DNA from: an uncultured Peptococcaceae bacterium
GTDB lineage: Bacteria > Bacillota > DSM-12270 > Thermacetogeniales > Thermacetogeniaceae
Assembly (NCBI GenBank): GCA_963767365.1
Contig: CAVYEE010000030.1
Span: 132,475 to 196,474 of the forward strand
Length of the DNA stretch: 64,000 nucleotides
Direction of reading: 5' to 3'
The stretch's first letter is position 1; each line of letters opens with the position of its first letter. The notes under the pieces were generated by a model, which saw nothing but the letters and a program-made list of their open reading frames with translations, ran no database searches and was not told the DNA's origin. Below, piece after piece: positions 1-9,744 of the stretch. The translations under genes and the position numbers were made by a program.

Positions 1-752
1 ATCCCCGGCACACCGGTTTGCATGTACCGGGCCATCTTGGCGGACTTGACCGGCAACAGCCCGGCGCTGATAAAGACCTGCTTGTGCAGGCCGCGCTCCC
101 GGACCCTTTCCATGAACAGCTCAAACCGCTCCATATCCATGATACACTGGGTCTGCACGAAGTCGGCCCCGGCCTCGATCTTCTTTTCCAGGCGCACTGC
201 CCGGAACTCGAAGGGGTCGCCGAAGGGGTTCTCGGCACAGCCGATAAAGAACTTCGGATTGTTCTTGCACTCCTCGCCGCACTCGAAGCAGCCCTCGTCA
301 CGGAGCTTCTTCACCATGCCGATCAGTTGCACGGAGTCCATGTCGAACACACCCTTGCAGCCGGGATGGTTGCCGAAAGACTGGTGGTCGCCGGAGAGGC
401 AGAGAAGGTTCCGCACGCCGTGGGCATAGGCTGCCAGCAGGTCGCTCTGCATGGCCAGGCGGTTGCGGTCGCGGCAGACCATCTGCATGTTCGGCTCCAA
501 CCCAACGTGGTTGACCAGCCGGATGGCAGCGCCCCAACTGGCGAGACGCACGATGGACGTCTGGTTGTCGGTGAGGTTGGCGGAGTCGACTCTCCCCTTC
601 AGCATCCGGCCGAAGAGATCGATGTGATGAAAGCTGGACTCCTTGGGGGGGCCAATCTCGCCGGTGCAGACAAATTGACCTGATCTGTAGGTCTTTTCCA
701 AAATGCTGCCGGATTTAAGGTTGTCTTCGGGTTTGCTGTTAGCCTCTGTCAA
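1..752 (-). CDS. metF: methylenetetrahydrofolate reductase MetF (3' end cut by window edge)
   Basis: The minus-strand frame is open from the window edge. My translation ...LEKTYRSGQFVCTGEIGPPK...MVCRDRNRLAMQSDLLAAYAHGVRNLLCLSGDHQ...FVQTQCIMD... is MetF-like. It is absent from the ORF track because it runs off the window. The start is a TTG at 752, 8 nt after GGGAGGA, and it overlaps the metV stop. Confidence 0.85.
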   Translation of the reverse strand, partial: MTEANSKPEDNLKSGSILEKTYRSGQFVCTGEIGPPKESSFHHIDLFGRMLKGRVDSANLTDNQTSIVRLASWGAAIRLVNHVGLEPNMQMVCRDRNRLAMQSDLLAAYAHGVRNLLCLSGDHQSFGNHPGCKGVFDMDSVQLIGMVKKLRDEGCFECGEECKNNPKFFIGCAENPFGDPFEFRAVRLEKKIEAGADFVQTQCIMDMERFELFMERVRERGLHKQVFISAGLLPVKSAKMARYMQTGVPG

Positions 753-1410
753 GGGTCAGATCCTCCCTTACATAAGTTCTCGGGCCCTTGGCGCGCAGCC
801 AGTCCTTCGCCGGGATGATCTCCCTCATCTTATCCAACTGGCCTATTGCCGACAACCGGTCATAGATCAGTTGCCAGCCGCAAGGGGTATCCTTGGAAAC
901 CTCGCACTTGCCATACTGGGAACCGCCGCAGGGCCCGTTCAGCAGGCTCTTGGAGCAGCGGGTAATCGGGCAGATCCCGCCGGTCCTGTCCAGGACGCAG
1001 TCGCCACAGGCATGGCACCGCTCCTCCCACCTGCCGACGTCAACGTTGGCGCCCAGCATCAGGGTGTTGACGCCCGGGTAGATCGGTGTTCCCGGATACT
1101 TCTCGCCCAGGAACTGGATCCCGATGCCACAGGCGAGAGACACGATGGCATCGACTTTCTCGACATTTTCCAGGAACTTGGCGTTGTACTCAGCATCGCA
1201 CTGGCGCTCTTCCGTCTGCTCCAGGACCTCGATCGGAGCGCCGTCCTTGCTGCGGGCCATCCGGACCTGGGAGGCCAGGACACCGACCTCCTTCTCGCCA
1301 CCGGTCAGACATACTGTCACGCACCCGCGGCATCCGGCGATCAGAACCTTCTTGTAGGGCGCGATCATCTCCAGGATCTTCTCAATGGGTTTTCCTTCAG
1401 CAACGATCAT
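739..1410 (-). CDS. metV: methylene-THF reductase-associated Zn/Fe-S subunit MetV
   Basis: This 223 aa ORF is Cys-rich (GCRGCVTVC, CHACGDC, RCSKSLLNGPCGG). It sits between the mvhD-like gene and metF, as in acetogen acs clusters. Confidence 0.85.
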   Translation of the reverse strand: MIVAEGKPIEKILEMIAPYKKVLIAGCRGCVTVCLTGGEKEVGVLASQVRMARSKDGAPIEVLEQTEERQCDAEYNAKFLENVEKVDAIVSLACGIGIQFLGEKYPGTPIYPGVNTLMLGANVDVGRWEERCHACGDCVLDRTGGICPITRCSKSLLNGPCGGSQYGKCEVSKDTPCGWQLIYDRLSAIGQLDKMREIIPAKDWLRAKGPRTYVREDLTLDRG

Positions 1411-3015
1411 TTATTTACCACCTTCCCCGGGTTTGCTCCTGATTGGCGGATCTTCTCCGCCATCGCCTGCACGGCCGTATTGAACTGGTTTCCCTGATTA
1501 GCCGCTACATGGACGAAATCGATGCGTTCACCCAACCCGATCCGGTTCAGGATCTGCCGGGCACGCTCTTGGCGCTGCTCCGCCCGGTTGTTGCCCCAGA
1601 CGTACTTGCAGTTTTCCTTGTGGCAAACACACAGCATCACACCGTCGGCTCCGTTCTCCAGGGCTTTCAGCAGGTAGATGATGTCGATCTTCCCGGAGCA
1701 GGGAACCTCCACGATCTGCAAGTCTTTTTGCAGTTCGGAATCCAGTGTTTTTGCAAACTCCGCCGCCAGCGATCCGGAATTCTCGCAGGCATAGGCCACG
1801 ATCCTGGCAGGCTGTCTGACTGTGTCCAGGATCTCCTGGTCCGTATAGAGGGGCAGTTGGATCGCCTTGCCCGGGCACTCGGCGGCGCACACCCCGCACC
1901 GCTGGCAGGCCAGTGGATTCATGCGGGCCGCAGAATGGTACATATTGTTGTACGCTTCGTCGTGCACGATCTCGATGGCATGATGCGGGCAACAACGGTA
2001 ACAGGTCAGACAGACCGCGCACTTCTCCGCCTCGACCTGCGGCTGCAAGGCCGGCACCTCAATCTTGCCCTTGGCAAAGGGCTGAGACCTCGGCAACCAC
2101 AGCGGCGACCTCGTTGTGGAGATCGGTGCCGTGGATCGGCCCGTGGCAACTGCCTACAAAGAAGATACCGTACCGGTTCGACCTGACCGGCAGGAAATGG
2201 ACGTTGTCCTTTTGGAAAAAGCCCCCCGGGCCGGTCCTGATGTCCATGATCTCTGCCAATTCCCGGGTGGCCGCCGCGGGCACAAAATCCTCTGCCAGGA
2301 CCAGGTAATCCGCCGCTACCGTCACCGGGTCCAGAGAGAGGAACGGCTCACGATACTGGAAAGCGGCCCCGGTAGACGTCCTGGAGACCTGAAATGATCC
2401 GGTATACTTGAGAAAGTTGACGCCCTTTTTCCGGGCCAGCTCGTATTCCTGCTCCAGGTTGTCGGCGCAGACCTTCATCTCCTCATAGATCACATCGATT
2501 TCGGAGGCGCCCTTCCCTTTCAGGTCCAAGACGGTCTTCAACACTGCAGCAAAGGAGAGCAGGGAATCCGCGTCGGCCTTTCCCAACACGAAGCTGACCT
2601 TATTGCCTGTATAACTCTGGCCAGGATCGAACTGGGAAAGGGAAAGAATGCGGTCATCGAGCTTAACCCCGCCGTACTTGCCGGGATCATACCTGGGCTC
2701 GGCCTCCAGCGCCAGGACGATGGCTCCGAAAGTTTGCTTTTTTGCCTGTCCGCCTTCCAGAAAACGGACTGTAAAGTTGCCCGGAAAACCATCCAGCCCG
2801 ATCACCCTGGTTCCTGTTTTGATCGTGATGTTGGGCTTTCCTTCAAGCGGGTTCAGGCTGGCGGGGCCGCCGCCGTCGATGACAACAACCGGCTGGCTTT
2901 GGGAGATGGCCAGAGCCGCCGCGACGGCTTCGTTTCCGGCGCCGATCACCAGGACATCCGGAGATACGGCCAGGTCCTCAGAGCCAATTTTTATGTTTGT
3001 TATTTGTTTAGCCAT
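1407..3015 (-). pseudogene. HdrA-like flavoprotein fused to a ferredoxin + MvhD-like domain; one apparent 1-nt frameshift near 2075
   Basis: ORF 2059..3015 (VLVIGAGNEA...GIFFVGSCHGP...AAVVAEVSAL) continues in ORF 1407..2096 (AKGKIEVPALQPQVEAEKCAVCLTCYRCCP...MvhD-like CENSGS...CSGKID...LCVCHKENCKY) if one T is removed from GCCCTTTGCC. The junction aligns with the HdrA-ferredoxin linkers of the two other HdrA proteins in this window. Confidence 0.7.
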
Positions 3016-3077
3016 TAGATTTCCCCCTGAAAGTAAAGCTTCAAAACCTCCCCAATAGAGACTTAAAGCATTTTTAG

Positions 3078-3104
3078 CAAGGTCCCGCCGACGGCGGGAC
3101 CTTG
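3078..3104 (-). other. 11-bp GC-rich hairpin in the acsE/hdrA-like spacer
   Basis: AAGGTCCCGCC-gac-GGCGGGACCTT forms the stem. In the transcribed sense it is followed by an A-run rather than a U-run, so it is more likely an intra-operon RNA structure than a terminator. Confidence 0.3.
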
Positions 3105-3130
3105 CCTGTTGGTCATCGGAGGTCGGCTTC

Positions 3131-3985
<855 letters not shown>

Positions 3986-3996
3986 TTACTCATCAC

Positions 3997-4968
3997 TCAG
4001 TATTGGTTCGGCACCATCAGGGCCTCGAGCTGCTTCTTGACGATCTTGACCGCCTCGGGATGCCTCATGAGCACCAGGTCACCGCCAGCCTGCAGCAGAG
4101 CGGCAGCGGTCATGGCCTCCCACATGACGCCTCGGTCCTTCTGGTCGCCCCAGCCCGGACGTCCTCGTTGGCCGCATTCGGCTCCTTTTGCCCGCCACGC
4201 TTCCGGGCCGGCCAGGCAGACCACCGGCAGGGCCATCATCTTGTCGCCGATGAGGGCGCCCCAGCGGGCTCGCTCCATGATGGAGAAGGAGTATTCAATA
4301 CCGTAGCCGAGGCCGCCGGTCAGCGGGTCGTTGATGATCTTGTCGACCGGCACGCCCATCTCCGTGATCATGATGTTCAACTGCTTCAGGATGTTGATGT
4401 CCACGGGGGAGCGCCCGATGATGCAGTGCCTGCCCATCATGGCGGCGGCGGCAATGCCGCGGTAGTTGTCCTTCTCCGCCACGCCCAAGGCGATGTTCTC
4501 TCCGGCGGCAGCCTCAGCTACAGCCTGCAGGACATCATTGTCCTTGTCCGGCTGGCCGGGTCCTTCGACCATCAGCGGAGCGCCGGTGGCAGCCAGCACG
4601 TCCTTGACTACCTTGACGCAATCCGCCACGCTCCTGGAGTTCTCCAGTTCCGGGTCAGCGCCCTGCAAGCGCAGGTAGATAACGTCCGCCCCATACTCCT
4701 CGGCCTTCTTCGCCCAGGCAGCCGGGTCGTTCCAGACAGCGCCGTAATATGGCTCGAAGCAGGCGTTCCACTCGGGCTTGATATCCCAGACCTCCATGGC
4801 AACCACGGGACGGTTGGGGATCTCCCCCTCGTAGAACAGGAACGGCAGCGTGGAACTTCCGCCGAGTTTGACCGTATATGCCCTGGTGCCACCTTCAGCT
4901 TTGGTAGCGCCGAGGATCACTTCCTGAACCTTACCGGTAAACTTGTCCTTGTAAATTTCCACTGGCAT
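3997..4968 (-). CDS. acsD: corrinoid/Fe-S protein small subunit AcsD
   Basis: This 323 aa ORF (MPVEIYKDKFTGKVQEV...VAMEVWDIKPEW...) has the typical CFeSP delta subunit sequence and position. Confidence 0.9.
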   Translation of the reverse strand: MPVEIYKDKFTGKVQEVILGATKAEGGTRAYTVKLGGSSTLPFLFYEGEIPNRPVVAMEVWDIKPEWNACFEPYYGAVWNDPAAWAKKAEEYGADVIYLRLQGADPELENSRSVADCVKVVKDVLAATGAPLMVEGPGQPDKDNDVLQAVAEAAAGENIALGVAEKDNYRGIAAAAMMGRHCIIGRSPVDINILKQLNIMITEMGVPVDKIINDPLTGGLGYGIEYSFSIMERARWGALIGDKMMALPVVCLAGPEAWRAKGAECGQRGRPGWGDQKDRGVMWEAMTAAALLQAGGDLVLMRHPEAVKIVKKQLEALMVPNQY

Positions 4969-4989
4969 TAATGTACTCTCCTTTCTCAG

Positions 4990-5734
4990 TTAAAACCTTA
5001 GTTTTTCGAACAGGTTGCTTGAGGCGCTGACCGCCGGACTATCAGCAGGAAGATCCAGCAAAGGTTTTCCTTGCAGGTCGTATTCCGTGACCAGCGGATC
5101 GTCGGGGATCGCTCCCAGCAGCTTGAGGCCGGTGGCGGCGATCTCCTTCGCAAGTGGCGCCGGGTCGTCAATCCTGGTGACGATCAGATAGGCAGCGCCG
5201 ATCTTGATCTGGAGGCGGCTGGGCCAGGCCGTAAATCCGGCCGGCTGTCCGCACGCCTTTGGCCGTGGCGTCGGAGATGACCAGCAGGATATCGATCTTC
5301 TCGATCGTCTTCCGGCTGATGTGCTCCATTCCCGCCTCGTTGTCAATGACCATGTAGTCATAGTTCTGATCGAGGGTCTCCAGGCCCCGCTTCAGGATCT
5401 CGCTCGGAAAGCAATAGCATCCCGGGCCCTGCGGCCCTCCCATCACCAGCAGATCGTAGTCCCTGGTCTCGATCAATGCCTGGTGCAGCTTCAGTTCGAT
5501 GAACACATCCTTGGTCATTCCGGTCGGAACCTTGTTCTGCTTGGCATCAGCCAGGATGTTGGCGATGGTGGCTTCCACCTTCAGCCCCAGGGCATCGTTC
5601 AGGGTGGAGTTGAAATCCGCATCCACCGCCAGGATCGAGCCCTTCCCGGCCTCCACCAGGTACCTGATCAGCATCGCCGCCAGGGTTGTCTTGCCCGTTC
5701 CGCCCTTACCCGCTATGGCAATGTGTTTTGACAC
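4990..5734 (-). pseudogene. cooC: CooC/AcsF-type Ni-insertion ATPase; apparent 1-nt frameshift near 5218
   Basis: A P-loop (IAIAGKGGTGKTT) follows a GTG at 5734. ORFs 5168..5824 and 4990..5361 join as ...TAGRIYGLAQ/RLQIKIGAAYLIVTR... if one C is removed. Confidence 0.75.
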
Positions 5735-5777
5735 GTCCGGTTGCACCTCACGACGATTCAAATTGACTCCTGAGTAG

Positions 5778-7102
5778 TTAGCCCAGGCGCAGTTTGGCAA
5801 AGGAGCCGATACCACTGGCGTCACGCGGTCCGACGATGACTTCCCAGCCGGAGAGGTCCTCGATCTTGCCCTTGATGGCGGCCACGCCGCCCGGGATGAT
5901 CATCTTCTTGTGGTTGACCTTCTGGTTGATCTCGGAATCCTTCAACCAGGGGCCGATCGCCTCGCCGATGAACTTGCCACCAGCCCAGGCGGTCATGACG
6001 GACAGGCCGTCGGTGTCGAAGGCGATCAGGTAGCTGGGGATCCTGGTCGACTCGACTTCGGTGGCCACCGTGTAGAAGGTCAGGGAGAAGTTGGTGGTAA
6101 TGTACACCGGCGAATCCGGCGTCACAACTCCGTAAGGATAGACTCCCGGCTGCACCGCGATCGGCTTCTGCGGGTCGGTATAGAGGTTCCTTCTCCAGGT
6201 GAACAGCGCCATCAGGTATTCGATCTTGGTAGTCTTCAGCACCACGATGCTGGCGTATTTGGAAACGAAAACCTGGGCCTCCAGCACTTCCATGGCCGGG
6301 TCATGCCTCGGTGGTGAAGGCGATCGTGGGATACCCGTACGGCCGGAACCGCTTCTTGACAGCGCCGTTGCGGATCTGGGTCTGATCGGCAATCACCTGG
6401 GATACCTGGCGCGCCCCGGAATCGATGACCAGTTCCTTGTAATCAATCTTGGCCACCAGGTCGGCCATGCCATTCAGGTCCTTGCCCCTTACCGCCAGCG
6501 GAGCGGCGACCTTCTTGGCCACACTCCACCATCTTCTCGTAGTTGGCGTCGGTGGCGGCATACAGCAGCGGCTTCCGGGCCGCGATGGCGCTTGCTGCCG
6601 CATCCATGGCCGCCGGGTCTTCGGTCATCAGGATGATGGCCTTGTCAGTCTTTCCGGCCACAGTTGCGGCTGCCGCCTTGAAGGTATCGGCGCTGCCGGA
6701 GGTGTTAGCGATGGCGATGCCGTCCAGCTCGTACTTCTCGCCCACACGCTCGACGACAACGCCGTTGATCTCCTCGACCTTGGCGGCGAGGTTGGCGTCG
6801 TTATCAGCCACCTCGACAAAAATACCGGTCGGGTGATAGAAGGTCTTGTCATGACGGAAGATAACCTGCTCGTCGCCGAGTTCCAGCACCTTGTCCCCCG
6901 ATCCCATTTTGACCAGCTTGATCGGCGGCGCCGTGGCGGAATCCAGTTCCTCACGCGCCGCATCGGACACGTAGGGGCACTGGCTCAGCATAGCCTTACC
7001 GGTAGCCAGCGCCATGGCGAAGGCCAGGCATGTCGGAACGCCACATTCTCCACAGTTCGTCTTCGGTAGCAGCTTGAAGATTGCCAGTCCTGTCAAACCC
7101 AT
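5778..7102 (-). pseudogene. acsC: corrinoid/Fe-S protein large subunit AcsC; two apparent 1-nt frameshifts near 6523 and 6303
   Basis: The N-terminal 4Fe-4S motif (CGECGVPTCLAFAMA) follows an ATG at 7102, 9 nt after GGGAGGA. The three ORFs 6443..7108, 6301..6603 and 5778..6392 join into one AcsC-length protein: ...ANYEKMVE/VAKKVAAPLAV... and ...PTIAFTTEA/DPAMEVLEAQ.... Confidence 0.8.
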
Positions 7103-7324
7103 TGTCACTAATCCTCCCTTATCTTTTTGTATTTCTCGGGTATTCAGAATTTAGCACTTCGAATCTGCCCGAGTATGCTTCCATATGGCACCATCCTCCT
7201 GACACTGATTTACAACCTGTGCCGGGCGCCGTCTGATTCTGAAGCCGGCAGCGCCCGATCCATGTTGCTTTTAGGGTTATCAGGGACACCGGGGCGGTTC
7301 TCCGCCAGCTTTGTCCCATCTCTG

Positions 7325-9541
7325 CTACATCAAGGGATCCATGTTCAGAGCCGGATGTCCCTTTTCCTGCAGGTAGGGCATGATCTCGTCGGGCGTGATG
7401 CCCACGGTCTCATCGGCGATCATATCTGTAAAGTTGTCGCCAAAGCCCTCCTCCTTGCCGCGTTCGTTGAGCCCGTCACGCAACTGTTCTTTCAGTTCCT
7501 TGGGCATCCAGACCATTCTGCCGAGGCCGCCGTCCGCCGGGAAGAACTTGCGGCTGACCATGTACAGGCGTCCGACACCGGCGAAGCCTGGTGTCTGGCT
7601 GCCGCCGCCGACCATACCGGCCAGGCTGGAGAAGGTCATGCCGACCGGGGTCATCCCCTTGTGCTCACGGGTGGTGACCATAAATCCGTTCAACTCGGGA
7701 ACCATGGCCATGATGCACTCGCAGCAGCCGCAGGTGGTCATCGGGCGCTCCATCATGGTGTACATCAGGACCGATTCGGTCTTGCCCTGGGTGCGGGCGG
7801 AAGCGGTCTCGTTGATGGATGTCCACTCGCCCTTCACGGCGTCGATCACGTACTCGCCGGTGATCGGCACCGGCTGGCAGACTCCGATCGGGTCAATCTC
7901 GTAGGTGGCCTTGGCATCCAGCCAGCTCACCGCCCCGCAGAGGCCGGTGCGTTCCGCCGACACGAAGCAGATGTGGGTGGGGGCGAAGGACTGGCACAGG
8001 GTGCAGGTATAGAACTCGGTGACGTTCTCGTCGCGCAGGTTGGTCAGCCGGTCATCCCTCTTCTGATAGGCCTCGCGGGCCTCGGCCAGCCACTTCTCCA
8101 CCTCCGCCCCATCGGTGATCAGGGTCACCTGCAGGCGGTCGACAATGGCGGCGTACTCCTTCTTGAAGTAGGCGTAGATCAATTTGCCCAGGTCACGCAT
8201 TTTGAAGCCCTTCTCCACGGCAGCCTTGCTGAAGCGCATCCAGTTCTGGTCGCGCTGGCCCATGTGCCAGATGCCCTCGCCATAGTTCGTGAAGTAGTGG
8301 ACGCGGCGCTCCAGGACCGGCTCGAAGTCGATCTGGAACTTGCGGCCGTAAACCTTGATCACGATGCCGATCGGGTAGGCCTCGCCATCCTGCATCTGGT
8401 CGACATCGGGGCCGATAATCTCGATCTTGCCGTCGGTCACCTCGTCGGCCTCCGACATCTTAACCAACTCGAAGCCCGGAGTGCGCCCACCGCCAAACTC
8501 GGCGAACATGTCCGCCTTGCGGATCGACTCGCCCTCGAAGGCGGCGCCGTGGTTGATCGGAACATCGATCTCGATGGTCGTGATCCTGATGCCACGGACC
8601 TCGATGCCGAGCTGGATCGCCTCATCGTAGTCAGGCACAGAGAAGTACCAGTCCTTCCAGACCTCGTCCTCGTCCAGCGGCTGGTCGACGATGACCGGGA
8701 AGCCCATGTAGATGGCGGCGAAGGAGGCGGCGACCTTGACGATGTCCCGCTCTCCCAGCAGCAGGCACATGACCAGGATCCGGTCACGCTGGTAGTTCCG
8801 GTGCATGAACTTGTCTCCCGGAGGAATGCCCGGGAACATCAGGGACGCCCGGAAGGCGTAGTTGACGGCATGGATCACCTGGGTGAAGTTGCCCAGCGGG
8901 TACACCGGCCAGGCCTCGACGTCGAACTTGTAGCCCTGCTCCAGCAACTGCTCGATGACCTCGTCGACCAGGAACAACATGAAGCCCTTCTGGACGAGCT
9001 TGTTGACGACCCGCAGGGCGTCTTCCGAGGTCCGGAACCGCCCGCAGATCACAGTCTCGCCCGGGATCGTCCAGTCCACGTGCTTGATGCCCCACTTGCG
9101 GACGTACATGTCGGGAATGAACCCGGTCCAGGGCTTGGGCAGCTTCTCGGTCTTGCCGGTCGCCATCCTCACGGCCTCGATGATCTCCGCCGCATAGATG
9201 ACCGCCTCACCCCAGAGCATTGCGTTCTCCAGGCTGGCCTGCGGGTGTACCTGGTTCCGCTTCTCGTTAAGCAGAGGCACCATGTCTCCCAGTTTGGTGA
9301 CCTCGCTGCCGCCCAACGCCCGGATCGCCGGCACGAAGTAGGCGGTTTCCGGGTACTGCACTTTATGATCGGGGCCGTAATTCTTGATCGCAGTGTTCAG
9401 AAGTATCTCAGCATAGCTAAGCGCTACGATCGTTCCCTCGTAGGCCTGCCTGAAGAGCTTCTTCGGTTCCTTGCCCGGTTCGATCGAACCGGCGTATATG
9501 TCTTCAAATTTCTGTCTGTCTACGCGCCATGCTGTGGACAT
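7325..9541 (-). CDS. acsB: acetyl-CoA synthase catalytic subunit (A-cluster) AcsB
   Basis: This is an intact 738 aa ORF. It carries A-cluster Cys motifs (CTLCQSFAPTHICFVSAERTGLCG; TTCGCCECI). Confidence 0.92.
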   Translation of the reverse strand: MSTAWRVDRQKFEDIYAGSIEPGKEPKKLFRQAYEGTIVALSYAEILLNTAIKNYGPDHKVQYPETAYFVPAIRALGGSEVTKLGDMVPLLNEKRNQVHPQASLENAMLWGEAVIYAAEIIEAVRMATGKTEKLPKPWTGFIPDMYVRKWGIKHVDWTIPGETVICGRFRTSEDALRVVNKLVQKGFMLFLVDEVIEQLLEQGYKFDVEAWPVYPLGNFTQVIHAVNYAFRASLMFPGIPPGDKFMHRNYQRDRILVMCLLLGERDIVKVAASFAAIYMGFPVIVDQPLDEDEVWKDWYFSVPDYDEAIQLGIEVRGIRITTIEIDVPINHGAAFEGESIRKADMFAEFGGGRTPGFELVKMSEADEVTDGKIEIIGPDVDQMQDGEAYPIGIVIKVYGRKFQIDFEPVLERRVHYFTNYGEGIWHMGQRDQNWMRFSKAAVEKGFKMRDLGKLIYAYFKKEYAAIVDRLQVTLITDGAEVEKWLAEAREAYQKRDDRLTNLRDENVTEFYTCTLCQSFAPTHICFVSAERTGLCGAVSWLDAKATYEIDPIGVCQPVPITGEYVIDAVKGEWTSINETASARTQGKTESVLMYTMMERPMTTCGCCECIMAMVPELNGFMVTTREHKGMTPVGMTFSSLAGMVGGGSQTPGFAGVGRLYMVSRKFFPADGGLGRMVWMPKELKEQLRDGLNERGKEEGFGDNFTDMIADETVGITPDEIMPYLQEKGHPALNMDPLM

Positions 9542-9570
9542 GCTTTTTTCTCCCTTCCCTTCAGCTATAT

Positions 9571-9744
9571 ATTCAAACGAAGCGGAGCGAAGTTTGAATC
9601 AGCCATGTGCCTGTTTGCGAAGCAAACATATGGCACGGCTCTTCAATCATTTAACTTCGCTTAATCAGAGGGAGATTGAACCCCCACCGATTTACCGCCC
9701 TGAACCCACCGACTAAATAGGCGGGGAACTTCTAAGCGAAGTTA
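9571..9744 (+). repeat. structured dispersed repeat, family B, full copy B1
   Basis: About 174 nt, near-identical to the reverse complement of 51842..52014. It contains 4 hairpins plus a 10-bp closing stem, TAACTTCGCT...AGCGAAGTTA. The cooS stop codon (9742-9744) lies inside that closing stem. Confidence 0.8.

Noticed and set aside
6301-6303. The TGA ending the ORF 6301..6603 segment of acsC, considered as a possible Sec codon.
   Set aside because: The conserved AcsC sequence continues in a different frame (TTEA/DPAMEVLEA), so this is a frameshift and not read-through. No Cys aligns here.
7127-9664. Very long plus-strand ORFs (845 aa here; also 9790..11793, 20643..21680, 22965..23855, 4003..4971 and minus-strand 62805..63929).
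   Set aside because: They lie antisense to strongly conserved genes (acsB, cooS, hdrA, nuoF, acsD, FAD oxidase). They have Arg/Gly/Pro/Ala/His-rich low-complexity translations typical of shadow ORFs in GC-rich DNA, and no RBS or family resemblance.
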